Made by a program: the position numbers and the translations under genes. 64,000 nt of DNA. It comes from Thermoanaerobaculia bacterium. Its GTDB lineage: Bacteria > Acidobacteriota > Thermoanaerobaculia > UBA5066 > Gp7-AA6. Every line of letters starts with the position of its first letter. Within the stretch, counting starts at the first letter, position 1. The notes beneath the pieces are model-generated. The model ran no database searches. It had not been told where the DNA came from and worked only from the letters and a program-made list of their open reading frames with translations. Where the stretch lies: NCBI GenBank assembly GCA_038203955.1, contig JBBRDK010000001.1:4030-68029 (forward strand). The letters are read 5' to 3'. Shown in pieces: positions 19,306-27,709 of this stretch.

Positions 19306-20097
19306 ATGAGCGCGGCGCCCGTCCGGCTCGCGTTCTTCGGCGGCATCTACAACAACTGGCGGGCGCTCGAGGCCGCGGCTGCTGACGTTCGCCGCGAGGG
19401 CGCAGACGCCTTGTACGCGCTGGGCGATTTCGGAGGATTTGGCCCGCACCCCGACCGCGTTTTCCCGATTCTCCTGGAGTCCGGCGCCCTGGCGATCCAG
19501 GGAAACTACGAAGAGTCGCTCTCGACGGGAGCCACCGACTGCGGCTGCGGCTACACGGATCCCCGCGACAACCACTTCGCCCAGATCTCCTACGACTACA
19601 CGGCAGCCAACACGTCCGCGTCGTGGAAAACGTGGATGGGCTCGCTTCCCGGCACGAGGAGGCTCGACGTCGATGGCCGGCGGGTGCTCCTCGTTCACGG
19701 CTCGCCACGGAAGATCAACGAGTTTCTGTGGGAGTCAAACTCACCCGTTCCGTTTCTGGAAAAGCTCTTGACCGACTTCGAAGCGGACGTGCTCGTGTGC
19801 ACGCACACGGGGCTTCACTGGACGCGGCGGCTGCCTTCCGGAAAGGTCGTCGTGAACGCCGGCGTGCTCGGGCGGCCGGCCAACGACGGCGCGACGAATG
19901 TCTGGCACACCCGCGTGACGTTTGGCCGCGACGTCGATGTCGAGTTCGTCCCCGTCGCCTATGACCATGAGGCGCTCGCCCGGGAGATGGAGGAGGAGCG
20001 GCTCCCGCGCGAGTTCGTCGAGACCATCCGCACCGGCTGGTGGACGACCTGTCTCGAGATCCTTCCCGCCAAGGAACGCGAAAGAGGAAGGCATTGA
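19306..20097 (+). CDS. Metallophosphoesterase family protein
   Basis: 263 aa with motifs LGDFGGFGP, GNYE, LLVHGSP and VCTHTG (calcineurin-like phosphoesterase signature order), plus an unusual CGCGY insert. Confidence 0.8.
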   Translation: MSAAPVRLAFFGGIYNNWRALEAAAADVRREGADALYALGDFGGFGPHPDRVFPILLESGALAIQGNYEESLSTGATDCGCGYTDPRDNHFAQISYDYTAANTSASWKTWMGSLPGTRRLDVDGRRVLLVHGSPRKINEFLWESNSPVPFLEKLLTDFEADVLVCTHTGLHWTRRLPSGKVVVNAGVLGRPANDGATNVWHTRVTFGRDVDVEFVPVAYDHEALAREMEEERLPREFVETIRTGWWTTCLEILPAKERERGRH

Positions 20098-20134
20098 ACC
20101 GCTGGAAGAACCCCGGCCAGAAAGCGAGCCCGAG

Positions 20135-21454
20135 TTGACGCGTCCCGACATCCATTCTTCCCGCTCCCGATCCGCGCTCCTCTTCCTGTCTCTCGCGGCG
20201 GCCGCCCTCTCTCTGCACGCCCAGGCGCCGCCGCCGACACCGACGCCCGCTCCCGGGGGCGAGAACCCGTCTCCCGCATCGCCCGATGAGGCGAAGATGC
20301 GCGCGGAAGTCGAGCGGCAGATGAAAATGATGGAGGGCAAGCGCTGGACCGTCGGCCTGAACCCGAACGGCGGCGGCGCGTACATCAAGTCTCCCGACGG
20401 CAAGGTCTACTTCCGGCTCTACGGGTACGCTCAGCCGATCTTCACGCTGACGGACGCCTCGAATGCGCAGGCGTTCGGGACGACGGATTTTCGCGTCCGC
20501 CGGGCACGGCTCGATTTCTCCGTCGACTACGACGACGTGTGGAAGCTCTTCATCGAGATCGACGGGCAGGGGAGTGGCGGCGGAACGGCTCTGCTCGAAG
20601 GCTACGTCCAGTCCTCCTACGTCAAGGGACGCCACTATCTCCGGTTCGGCAAGTTCATTAGCCCCTTCTCGTCCGAGAACCTCCGTTCCTCGCGCGCCCT
20701 CGACACGGTCGAGCGGTACATCGCTCTCAACACACTGTTCGGCCTCCCCGGCGTCGACGTGCAGTTCGGTCCGATGGCCTGGGGCTACGTGGACGCGGGG
20801 CGCAAGCTCACGTACTACGCCGGCGTCTTCAACGGTAACGCGAGCGCGGCCGTGAGCACGGTCAACGGGTACGGAGGCAACGCCCGCGACAACAACAAGC
20901 AGAAGGAGTTTCAGACCCGTCTGAACTTCCAACCGGTCAAGGAGCTCACGATCGGCGGCGCTTTCGACTATGACCAGGAGCTCGACCAGAATCTTCAGCT
21001 CACGAGCTACTCCGGCGCGAAGTTGATCGCGGTGACGGTCCGCGGCAAGCGGCGCGGATACGACGCGGATCTTCACTGGAAGAAGGAGAGATGTTCCTTC
21101 GACGCCGAATGGCTCCACGTGGACTTCCCCGACAACCCGACCAACGCCCATCGGGACGTCAAGCTCCACGGCGGTTACGCCCAGGCCGGCTACTGGGTGA
21201 AAGGGAATGAGACGAAGGGCATCCAGGGAATCCTGCGCGGAGAGTATGCCGAGCTCGAGGGGCCGGCCGTCGAGAGCGTGCGAGGCCGCACGATCACCGC
21301 GATCACCGGCGGCGTGAACATCTGGTTCAACGGCTGGACGCGTCTCCAGATCGACGCGATTGAGGAGCACGTCAACGGCAACGGGAATGGCGCGTACACC
21401 GGCGGCTCGAAGTGGAGGCCGACTCTTCTGACCGAGCTGCAGGTGAAGTTTTGA
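20135..21454 (+). CDS. Phosphate-selective porin O/P-like outer-membrane porin
   Basis: TTG at 20135 is the likely start (uncertain). It has the signal peptide SALLFLSLAAAALSLHAQA, a Pro-rich linker, the beta-barrel sequence FRLYGYAQPIFTL... and ends ELQVKF. Confidence 0.7.
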   Translation: MTRPDIHSSRSRSALLFLSLAAAALSLHAQAPPPTPTPAPGGENPSPASPDEAKMRAEVERQMKMMEGKRWTVGLNPNGGGAYIKSPDGKVYFRLYGYAQPIFTLTDASNAQAFGTTDFRVRRARLDFSVDYDDVWKLFIEIDGQGSGGGTALLEGYVQSSYVKGRHYLRFGKFISPFSSENLRSSRALDTVERYIALNTLFGLPGVDVQFGPMAWGYVDAGRKLTYYAGVFNGNASAAVSTVNGYGGNARDNNKQKEFQTRLNFQPVKELTIGGAFDYDQELDQNLQLTSYSGAKLIAVTVRGKRRGYDADLHWKKERCSFDAEWLHVDFPDNPTNAHRDVKLHGGYAQAGYWVKGNETKGIQGILRGEYAELEGPAVESVRGRTITAITGGVNIWFNGWTRLQIDAIEEHVNGNGNGAYTGGSKWRPTLLTELQVKF

Positions 21455-21476
21455 CTTCCAACGGCGGGAGAAATCG

Positions 21477-22487
21477 ATGAAGAGAATCCTCACGGGGCTC
21501 GCCGTGGCGGTATTCCTGACCGGGACAGCGCCTGCGCAGGAAAAGACCGTCATCCAGTACGACTGCATTCCTAACTACGCCAACTGGGGCGGCGTGACCG
21601 CGCTCTACAAGCAGAAGACGGGCGTCACGGTGCCGCCCGACCCGAAGGGGTCCTCGGTGGCGCTCGCCGCGATCGAGAAGGAGAAAGACAGCCCGGTGGC
21701 CGACACTGCCTACTACTCGGGCGCGATCGGTTACTCGGCGGCGCAGAAGGGCCTGCATCAGCCCTACAAGCCCCGCGGCTGGGACAGGATCCCCGCGGAC
21801 CTGAAGGATCCGACCGGGCTCTGGTGGACCGTCCACACGGGAACGATCGCCTTCGTCGTCAACACGTCGGCGCTCGGCGGCGCCGCCGTCCCCCGGTCGT
21901 GGGCCGACCTTCTGAAGCCCGAGTACAAGGGGAAGATCGCCTACGACGACCCGACGTGGGGCGGCACCTCCTACACGATGCTCTACGGCTTGAACGGGCT
22001 CTTCGGCGGAGACGAGAAGAACTACAAGCCGGGTCTGGATTACCTGAAAAAGCTGGACGCCAACGTGCTCTCGTACCCGCGCGAGTCGATCTACAACGGC
22101 GTGCTCCGGGGCGAGGTGCCGATCTGGATCAACGCCGACGGAAACGGGTACAAGATGAAAAACGCCGACAACGGGCCGATCGAGGTCGTGCTCCCTAAGG
22201 AGGGCACGTTCTCGATGCCGCTCGTCATGGGAATGGTCCGGGGCGCGCCGCATCCCGACGAGACCCGGAAGTATCTCGACTGGCTGCTGACGGCCGAGGC
22301 GCAGGCGGAGTTCTCGCGCGGATTTTTCCGGCCCGTGATCGAGGGGACGATTCCGCCGGAGATCGCCTCGAAGTTCCTGCCCGCGGCGGACTATCGCCGC
22401 GCGCGCACTCTCGATCTGGCGAAGATGGCTTCCGCCGCCGACGCCTTGAAGAAGGCCTGGCTCGACGAGATCCGGAGGGGACGCTGA
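21477..22487 (+). CDS. ABC transporter periplasmic substrate-binding protein (PotD/AfuA/PhnS-type family)
   Basis: 336 aa with the signal peptide MKRILTGLAVAVFLTGTAPAQ and an SBP family-1-like sequence. Confidence 0.8.
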   Translation: MKRILTGLAVAVFLTGTAPAQEKTVIQYDCIPNYANWGGVTALYKQKTGVTVPPDPKGSSVALAAIEKEKDSPVADTAYYSGAIGYSAAQKGLHQPYKPRGWDRIPADLKDPTGLWWTVHTGTIAFVVNTSALGGAAVPRSWADLLKPEYKGKIAYDDPTWGGTSYTMLYGLNGLFGGDEKNYKPGLDYLKKLDANVLSYPRESIYNGVLRGEVPIWINADGNGYKMKNADNGPIEVVLPKEGTFSMPLVMGMVRGAPHPDETRKYLDWLLTAEAQAEFSRGFFRPVIEGTIPPEIASKFLPAADYRRARTLDLAKMASAADALKKAWLDEIRRGR

Positions 22488-22506
22488 CCCGGGTACCGAG
22501 GGACCG

Positions 22507-23361
22507 TTGACCTCCCGCGGGCGGAAGAGCGCGGAGGACCCGATCGGGCCGTCCGCCGCGTGGATCGCGCCCGCGGCGCTGTTTCTCCTCGTCGCCTTCG
22601 TCGCTCCCTTCGCCGCTCTCCTGCGCGCGGCCTCGCACGGGGATCCCGGGGCATTCCTTCGCGAGTTCGGCGGAGTCTGGACGCAGCCGCACACGAGGCG
22701 CGCGCTCGGCAACGGGCTCGCGCTTTCGGCCGCCGTTTCCATCGGCGCCATCCTTCTCTGCCTGCCTCCGGCGCATCTGCTCGCCCGCGCCCGCTTCCGG
22801 GGCCGCGGGGCCGCGCGGCTGCTCCTCTCCGTTCCGCTCGCTTTTTCCGGGGTGATCGTCGGCTTTCTCGCCGTCGTGATGCTCGGCCGGGTGGGGTTCG
22901 TTCCCGCCGTCGCGCAGGCGCTCTTCGGACGGCCGCTCGGGGCCGGGCTCGCCTACGCGCTGCCGGGACTCTTCCTCGCGTACCTCTTTTTCGAGATTCC
23001 CCGGGCGGTGCTCGCCCTGGAGGCGGCCTTCGCGCGCCTGGACCCCGAGCTCGCCGCGGCGGCCCGCACGCTCGGCGCCGGTCCGGTGCAGCGCTTCGCG
23101 CGCGTCACCCTTCCCGCCCTGCGGCCGGCGCTCCTCGCGACATTTGCCACGACGTTTTCCGTCTCTCTCGGGTCGTACGGCGCGGCACTGATTCTGTCCC
23201 GGCGATTTTCCGTACTGCCGGTCGAGGCGTACCAGGAATTCACCGCCTTCGGCAACGACGCGGGCGCTTCCGCCATGGCGATCTGGCTCGCCGCGATCTC
23301 GATCGTGGTTTCGATAGCGGCGCGACGGGCTTCGCTCCGCGCACCGGAAGGGACGGGGTGA
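22507..23361 (+). CDS. ABC transporter permease
   Basis: 284 aa with ~6 TM and an EAA-like loop (ARTLGAGPVQRFARVTLPALRPAL). Confidence 0.85.
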   Translation: MTSRGRKSAEDPIGPSAAWIAPAALFLLVAFVAPFAALLRAASHGDPGAFLREFGGVWTQPHTRRALGNGLALSAAVSIGAILLCLPPAHLLARARFRGRGAARLLLSVPLAFSGVIVGFLAVVMLGRVGFVPAVAQALFGRPLGAGLAYALPGLFLAYLFFEIPRAVLALEAAFARLDPELAAAARTLGAGPVQRFARVTLPALRPALLATFATTFSVSLGSYGAALILSRRFSVLPVEAYQEFTAFGNDAGASAMAIWLAAISIVVSIAARRASLRAPEGTG

Positions 23362-24179
23362 CGGGCTCGTCGGGGGAACGGCTACGGTCCGCCTCCGCGG
23401 CCGCGCTCCTCCTTCTCCTCCTCGCGGTGGTCGCGGCGCCTCTGGCCGTCGTTGTGGCCGGATCCGTTCTCGACCCACGCCTTCTCGGCCTGAGCAGCGA
23501 GAGCTGGGAGGCGGGCTCCCGGCACACCACCTGGTTCTCGTACGTTCTTTCTCTCTACGGGCGGCACCTCGCCCGCTCCGCGGCGCTCGCGCTCTGCGTC
23601 GTCGTTCTGGCGTTCGCCCTGGGCGCGCCCGCGGCCTACGGCCTGTCGCGCCGCAGGGATGCGTTCGCGCGCGCCGTGGCCGTTCTGCTGGACACTCCGC
23701 TCGCCGTGCCGGGCCTCGCGGTGGCGATCGGACTCCTCCTCGCCTATCCGAGAGCGCGAGCGAGCGGGGCGACGCTCGCGGCCGGCCACCTCGTCTATGC
23801 GCTTCCGTTTTTCGTGCGCGCCGCCGGCAACGCGCTTTCCGGGGGAAACGTCTCGGAGCTCGAGGAGGCCGCGGCCGTGTCGGGCGCCGGACGGTGGCAG
23901 CGGTTTCGCCGGATCGTTCTGCCTCTCGCCCGGCCCGGGCTCCTCGCCGGCGCGCTGATGGCGTTCACGATCTCGTGGGGGGAGTTCAACGTCTCCTTCC
24001 TCCTTTCAACGCCGACGACGTCGACGTTTCCCTCGGCCCTCTACCTCACCTACACGACGAACAGCTTTCCGGTGGCGGCGGCGGCGACCACGCTCTTTCT
24101 CGCGGCGGCCGTTCCGGCGCTCGCCCTTCTCCAGCGCATCGCTTCCCCCGAGGCCGCGCGATTCGGGGAGGCGGCGTGA
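23358..24179 (+). CDS. ABC transporter permease (second subunit)
   Basis: The GTG at 23358 overlaps the upstream stop (GTGA). It has an EAA loop AAAVSGAGRWQRFRRIVLPLARPGL. The N-terminal part of the 22560..24179 track ORF was rejected. Confidence 0.85.
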   Translation: MTGSSGERLRSASAAALLLLLLAVVAAPLAVVVAGSVLDPRLLGLSSESWEAGSRHTTWFSYVLSLYGRHLARSAALALCVVVLAFALGAPAAYGLSRRRDAFARAVAVLLDTPLAVPGLAVAIGLLLAYPRARASGATLAAGHLVYALPFFVRAAGNALSGGNVSELEEAAAVSGAGRWQRFRRIVLPLARPGLLAGALMAFTISWGEFNVSFLLSTPTTSTFPSALYLTYTTNSFPVAAAATTLFLAAAVPALALLQRIASPEAARFGEAA

Positions 24180-25252
24180 GCGCGCGAGTCCAGGTGCGGA
24201 GGCTGAGCAAGGCGTACGGGTCGCGCCCCGCGCTGGACGGCGTTTCCCTGACACTGGAGCCCGGCACGACGACGACGCTCGTCGGCGCGTCCGGTTCCGG
24301 AAAGACGACCCTGCTTCGTTGCCTGGCCGGCCTCCTCGTTCCCGATTCGGGGGAGATCCTTTTCGATGGCCGCGATGTCGCCGCCGTTCCCGCCGAGCGA
24401 CGGGGCGTCGGCGTGGTGTTCCAGTCGTATGCCCTCTTCCCGCACCTGACCGTGGCCGACAATCTGTCTTTCGGCCTGGACGTCCGAAGGACCTCCGCCA
24501 GCGACCGCGCCCGGCGCGTCGCCGAGCTCGCGGACGAGCTCGGCCTCGAGCGCCTCCTCGATCGCCGGCCGGGCGAGATCTCCGGGGGAGAGCGCCAGCG
24601 CGTGGCGCTCGGCCGCGCCCTCGCCTACCGTCCGGTTCTCCTTCTGCTCGACGAGCCGCTCGCCGCGCTCGATCCGAACCTCGCCGACTCCGTCCGTGAG
24701 GCGCTCGCGCGCGCGATCGCGGCAGAGCGAACGACCGTCCTGCTCGTCACACACGATCGTTCGGACGCACTTCGGCTGGGTGACCGGGTCGTGCTCCTGC
24801 GCGCGGGCGAGGTCGAGCAGGAGGGCACTCCCCGCGACCTCTACCGTCAGCCGAACACAGAGTACGCGGCGAACTTTTTCGGGACCGGAGCGCTCTGGGA
24901 AGTGGAAGCGCGCGCCGAAGGCAGCGGGGTCGTCGCCGAGACGCCGCTCGGACGGGTCGCGCTGCCCGGCGCGCGGCCGGGACGCCTGCGCGTCATCGTT
25001 CGCCCCGAGGCGCTCTCGGTCCGACCTTCCGGCGGGACAAGTGTCACCGTCCGAGGTGTCTCCTATGAAGGCGACCGGTCGCGGATCCTGTTTACGGCGG
25101 GAGGCCGAGAGGCTGTCGTGCACGGCCCGGCGGACCTCGAAACAGCCCCCGGCGATCGTATTGCCGTCACGGTGGATCCGAGGCTTCTGGTCGTCCTCCC
25201 GGAAGAGAAGGCGTCGCTTTCCCGGGCGGACGAGCGCTCGCAAACCGCCTGA
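24176..25252 (+). CDS. ABC transporter ATP-binding protein with a TOBE-like C-terminus
   Basis: The GTG at 24176 overlaps the upstream stop. It has Walker A GASGSGKTT, signature LSGGERQR and Walker B LLLLDEP. Confidence 0.9.
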   Translation: MSARVQVRRLSKAYGSRPALDGVSLTLEPGTTTTLVGASGSGKTTLLRCLAGLLVPDSGEILFDGRDVAAVPAERRGVGVVFQSYALFPHLTVADNLSFGLDVRRTSASDRARRVAELADELGLERLLDRRPGEISGGERQRVALGRALAYRPVLLLLDEPLAALDPNLADSVREALARAIAAERTTVLLVTHDRSDALRLGDRVVLLRAGEVEQEGTPRDLYRQPNTEYAANFFGTGALWEVEARAEGSGVVAETPLGRVALPGARPGRLRVIVRPEALSVRPSGGTSVTVRGVSYEGDRSRILFTAGGREAVVHGPADLETAPGDRIAVTVDPRLLVVLPEEKASLSRADERSQTA

Positions 25253-25475
25253 AAACAGGCGCGTCCGGACACGGGCAGGACCTTTGCTGTAATGATCAGC
25301 GGGCCGCCGACGTTCTGATGGGAGCGAGGACCGCCCGGGGTCTAGCCAGGGGGAACGCGTCGCGCCACGGACGCGCACGCGGCAAACGAGCCTAGGGAGC
25401 GATAACCGCCACGCCGCGAAACGCCCGCTTGGGCGGAAACGCGGGACGGGGGACCCGCCACAGATCGGGAGAGCC

Positions 25476-26948
25476 GTGAAAAGCAAGATCATCTGGATCG
25501 CCGTCATCGCCGTCGCCGCGGTCGGGCTCTACCTGGCGATCAACGGCCGGCGGAAGCCCGAAGAGAAATACCGCACGGCGGCGATCGATCAGGGAGACAT
25601 CACGCAGACGGTGGCCGCCACGGGGGCACTATCCGCCGTGACGACGGTCCAGGTCGGCAGCCAGGTCTCCGGCATCATCGCGAAGCTCTATGCGGACTTC
25701 AACAGCCAGGTGAAGAAGGGCGACCTCTTAGCCGAGCTGGACGAGACGCCGTTCAAGGAAAAGATCGCCCAGAACGTGGCGGCGCTGGAGAAGGCGCGGG
25801 TCGAGATGAGAAACGCGGAGATCTCCCTGCGGCGCCAGAAGGCCCTTTCGCAGCAGGGCCTGGCCCCGCAGGCGGACATCGACCAGGCCCAGGCCAACTA
25901 TGACGCGGCGCGCGCCAGCGTCGCTCAGGCCCAGGCCACGCTCAATCAGGCGCAGACGGACCTGCGAAACTCCAAGATCAAGGCCCCGATCGACGGCGTG
26001 GTGGTCTCCCGCCAGTACGACGTGGGGCAGACGGTCGCCGCGTCCTTTCAGGCGCCGACGCTCTTCACGATCGCGCAGGACCTGACCAAGATGCAGGTCT
26101 CCGCCGACATCTCCGAGTCCGACATCGGTCAGATCAAGGTCGGGGAGCCGGTCCGCTTCAACGTAGATGCGTATCCGGACCGGAATTTCCGGGGCAAGGT
26201 CGCCCAGGTCCGATTGAACGCGACGGTCAATCAGAACGTCGTCACGTATCCGGTCATCGTCGAGGTGAATAACGAGGATCTGCTGTTGAAGCCTACGATG
26301 ACCGCCAACGTCACGATCGACGTGGCGTCGGCGAAAAACGTCCTGCGCGTGCCGAACGCCGCGCTGCGCTTCCGCCCGGAGGTCAAGGAGGGCTCGGAGA
26401 AGTCCGCGGCCGCCACGGACCGGAGCGCGGGCTCGGGCGGCACATCGGGCGGAGGCCGCGCGGCAGCGGGGCAGACCGGTGAGTCCGCGCCGAGCGCGGC
26501 GGCGGGACAGGGACCGCCGGGAGCGAACCCGCCCGCGTCGGGCGGGGATGCGGCCGGTTCGGGCGGAGGGACCGGCCAGGGCGCTCCGGGCGCGGGCCGC
26601 GGGGCGGGCGGCCGGGGAGGCGCGGGCGCGGCGGGAGTGCCGGGAGCTGCCGGCACGGCCGGTGGGTCCGGCGCCTGGGCGGGCCAGGGCCGCGGCGGAC
26701 GGTCGGGCGCCCGCGCGAGAACATCGACGGTCTACATGCCCGCCGTCCCCAACGGCGAGCCGAAGGCCGTCGAGATTCGCACGGGAATCACCGACGGGCG
26801 GTTCACGCAGATCGTCTCGGGGGACGTGAAGGCGGGCGACCTCGTCATCGTGGGTCTCGCGACGACCAAGGCGTCCGCCACGGGCAACTCGCCGCTGGCC
26901 GCGCCGAGGGCCCCGGGAGGCGCGGGCGGCGGACGGAGAGGATTCTGA
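25476..26948 (+). CDS. Efflux transporter periplasmic adaptor (MacA/HlyD family) with a ~115-aa Gly/Ala-rich insert
   Basis: 490 aa with an N-terminal TM, a coiled-coil hairpin, the lipoyl-like motif IKAPIDGVVVSRQYDVGQTV, then the low-complexity region 26379-26725. Confidence 0.85.
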   Translation: MKSKIIWIAVIAVAAVGLYLAINGRRKPEEKYRTAAIDQGDITQTVAATGALSAVTTVQVGSQVSGIIAKLYADFNSQVKKGDLLAELDETPFKEKIAQNVAALEKARVEMRNAEISLRRQKALSQQGLAPQADIDQAQANYDAARASVAQAQATLNQAQTDLRNSKIKAPIDGVVVSRQYDVGQTVAASFQAPTLFTIAQDLTKMQVSADISESDIGQIKVGEPVRFNVDAYPDRNFRGKVAQVRLNATVNQNVVTYPVIVEVNNEDLLLKPTMTANVTIDVASAKNVLRVPNAALRFRPEVKEGSEKSAAATDRSAGSGGTSGGGRAAAGQTGESAPSAAAGQGPPGANPPASGGDAAGSGGGTGQGAPGAGRGAGGRGGAGAAGVPGAAGTAGGSGAWAGQGRGGRSGARARTSTVYMPAVPNGEPKAVEIRTGITDGRFTQIVSGDVKAGDLVIVGLATTKASATGNSPLAAPRAPGGAGGGRRGF

Positions 26949-26976
26949 CCGGGAGCCGGATCGCTCGCCGCCCGCG

Positions 26977-27702
26977 ATGACCGACCCCGCCGTCATCCGC
27001 ATCGAGGACCTCGTCCGTGTCTACACGATGGGCGAGGTGGAAGTGCGGGCGCTCGACGGAGTCTGTCTCTCGATTCACCCGGGCGAATTCGTCGCCGTCA
27101 TGGGGCCGTCGGGATCGGGAAAGAGCACCCTCATGAACATAGTGGGTTGCCTGGACCGCCCGACCGCCGGCCACTACTACTTAGACGGCACGGACGTCTC
27201 GGGGCTCGATCGCGACCAGCGGGCCGAGATCCGCAACGGCAAGATCGGGTTCGTGTTCCAGGCCTTCAATCTGCTGTCCCGCACCTCGGCGATCGAAAAC
27301 GTGGAGCTCCCGCTCATCTACGCGGCCACCGCGCACACGGCGAAAGAGCGCGCGGACAAGGCGCGCCATTGCCTGGAGATCGTCGGCCTCGCGGGCCGCG
27401 AAGACCACATGCCGAGCCAGCTGTCCGGAGGGCAGCAGCAGCGCGTGGCGATCGCCCGCGCCTTGATCAACGAGCCGAAGCTGATTCTCGCGGACGAGCC
27501 GACGGGAAACCTCGATACGCGCACCTCCGAAGAGGTCATGGCCGTCTTTCAGGACTTGAACGAGCGGGGAAAAACCGTCGTGCTGATCACCCACGAGCCC
27601 GACATCGCCGAGTACGCCCGGAGAGTCGTCGTGTTCAGGGACGGCAAACTGGTCGAGGACCGTCCGGTCGAAAGCCGGCGGTCCGCCGCCGCGAAAGCGT
27701 GA
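26977..27702 (+). CDS. MacB-type ABC transporter ATP-binding protein (separate ATPase)
   Basis: It has Walker [25 protein letters not shown] and [11 protein letters not shown]. Confidence 0.9.
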   Translation: MTDPAVIRIEDLVRVYTMGEVEVRALDGVCLSIHPGEFVAVMGPSGSGKSTLMNIVGCLDRPTAGHYYLDGTDVSGLDRDQRAEIRNGKIGFVFQAFNLLSRTSAIENVELPLIYAATAHTAKERADKARHCLEIVGLAGREDHMPSQLSGGQQQRVAIARALINEPKLILADEPTGNLDTRTSEEVMAVFQDLNERGKTVVLITHEPDIAEYARRVVVFRDGKLVEDRPVESRRSAAAKA

Positions 27703-27709
27703 GGACCGA

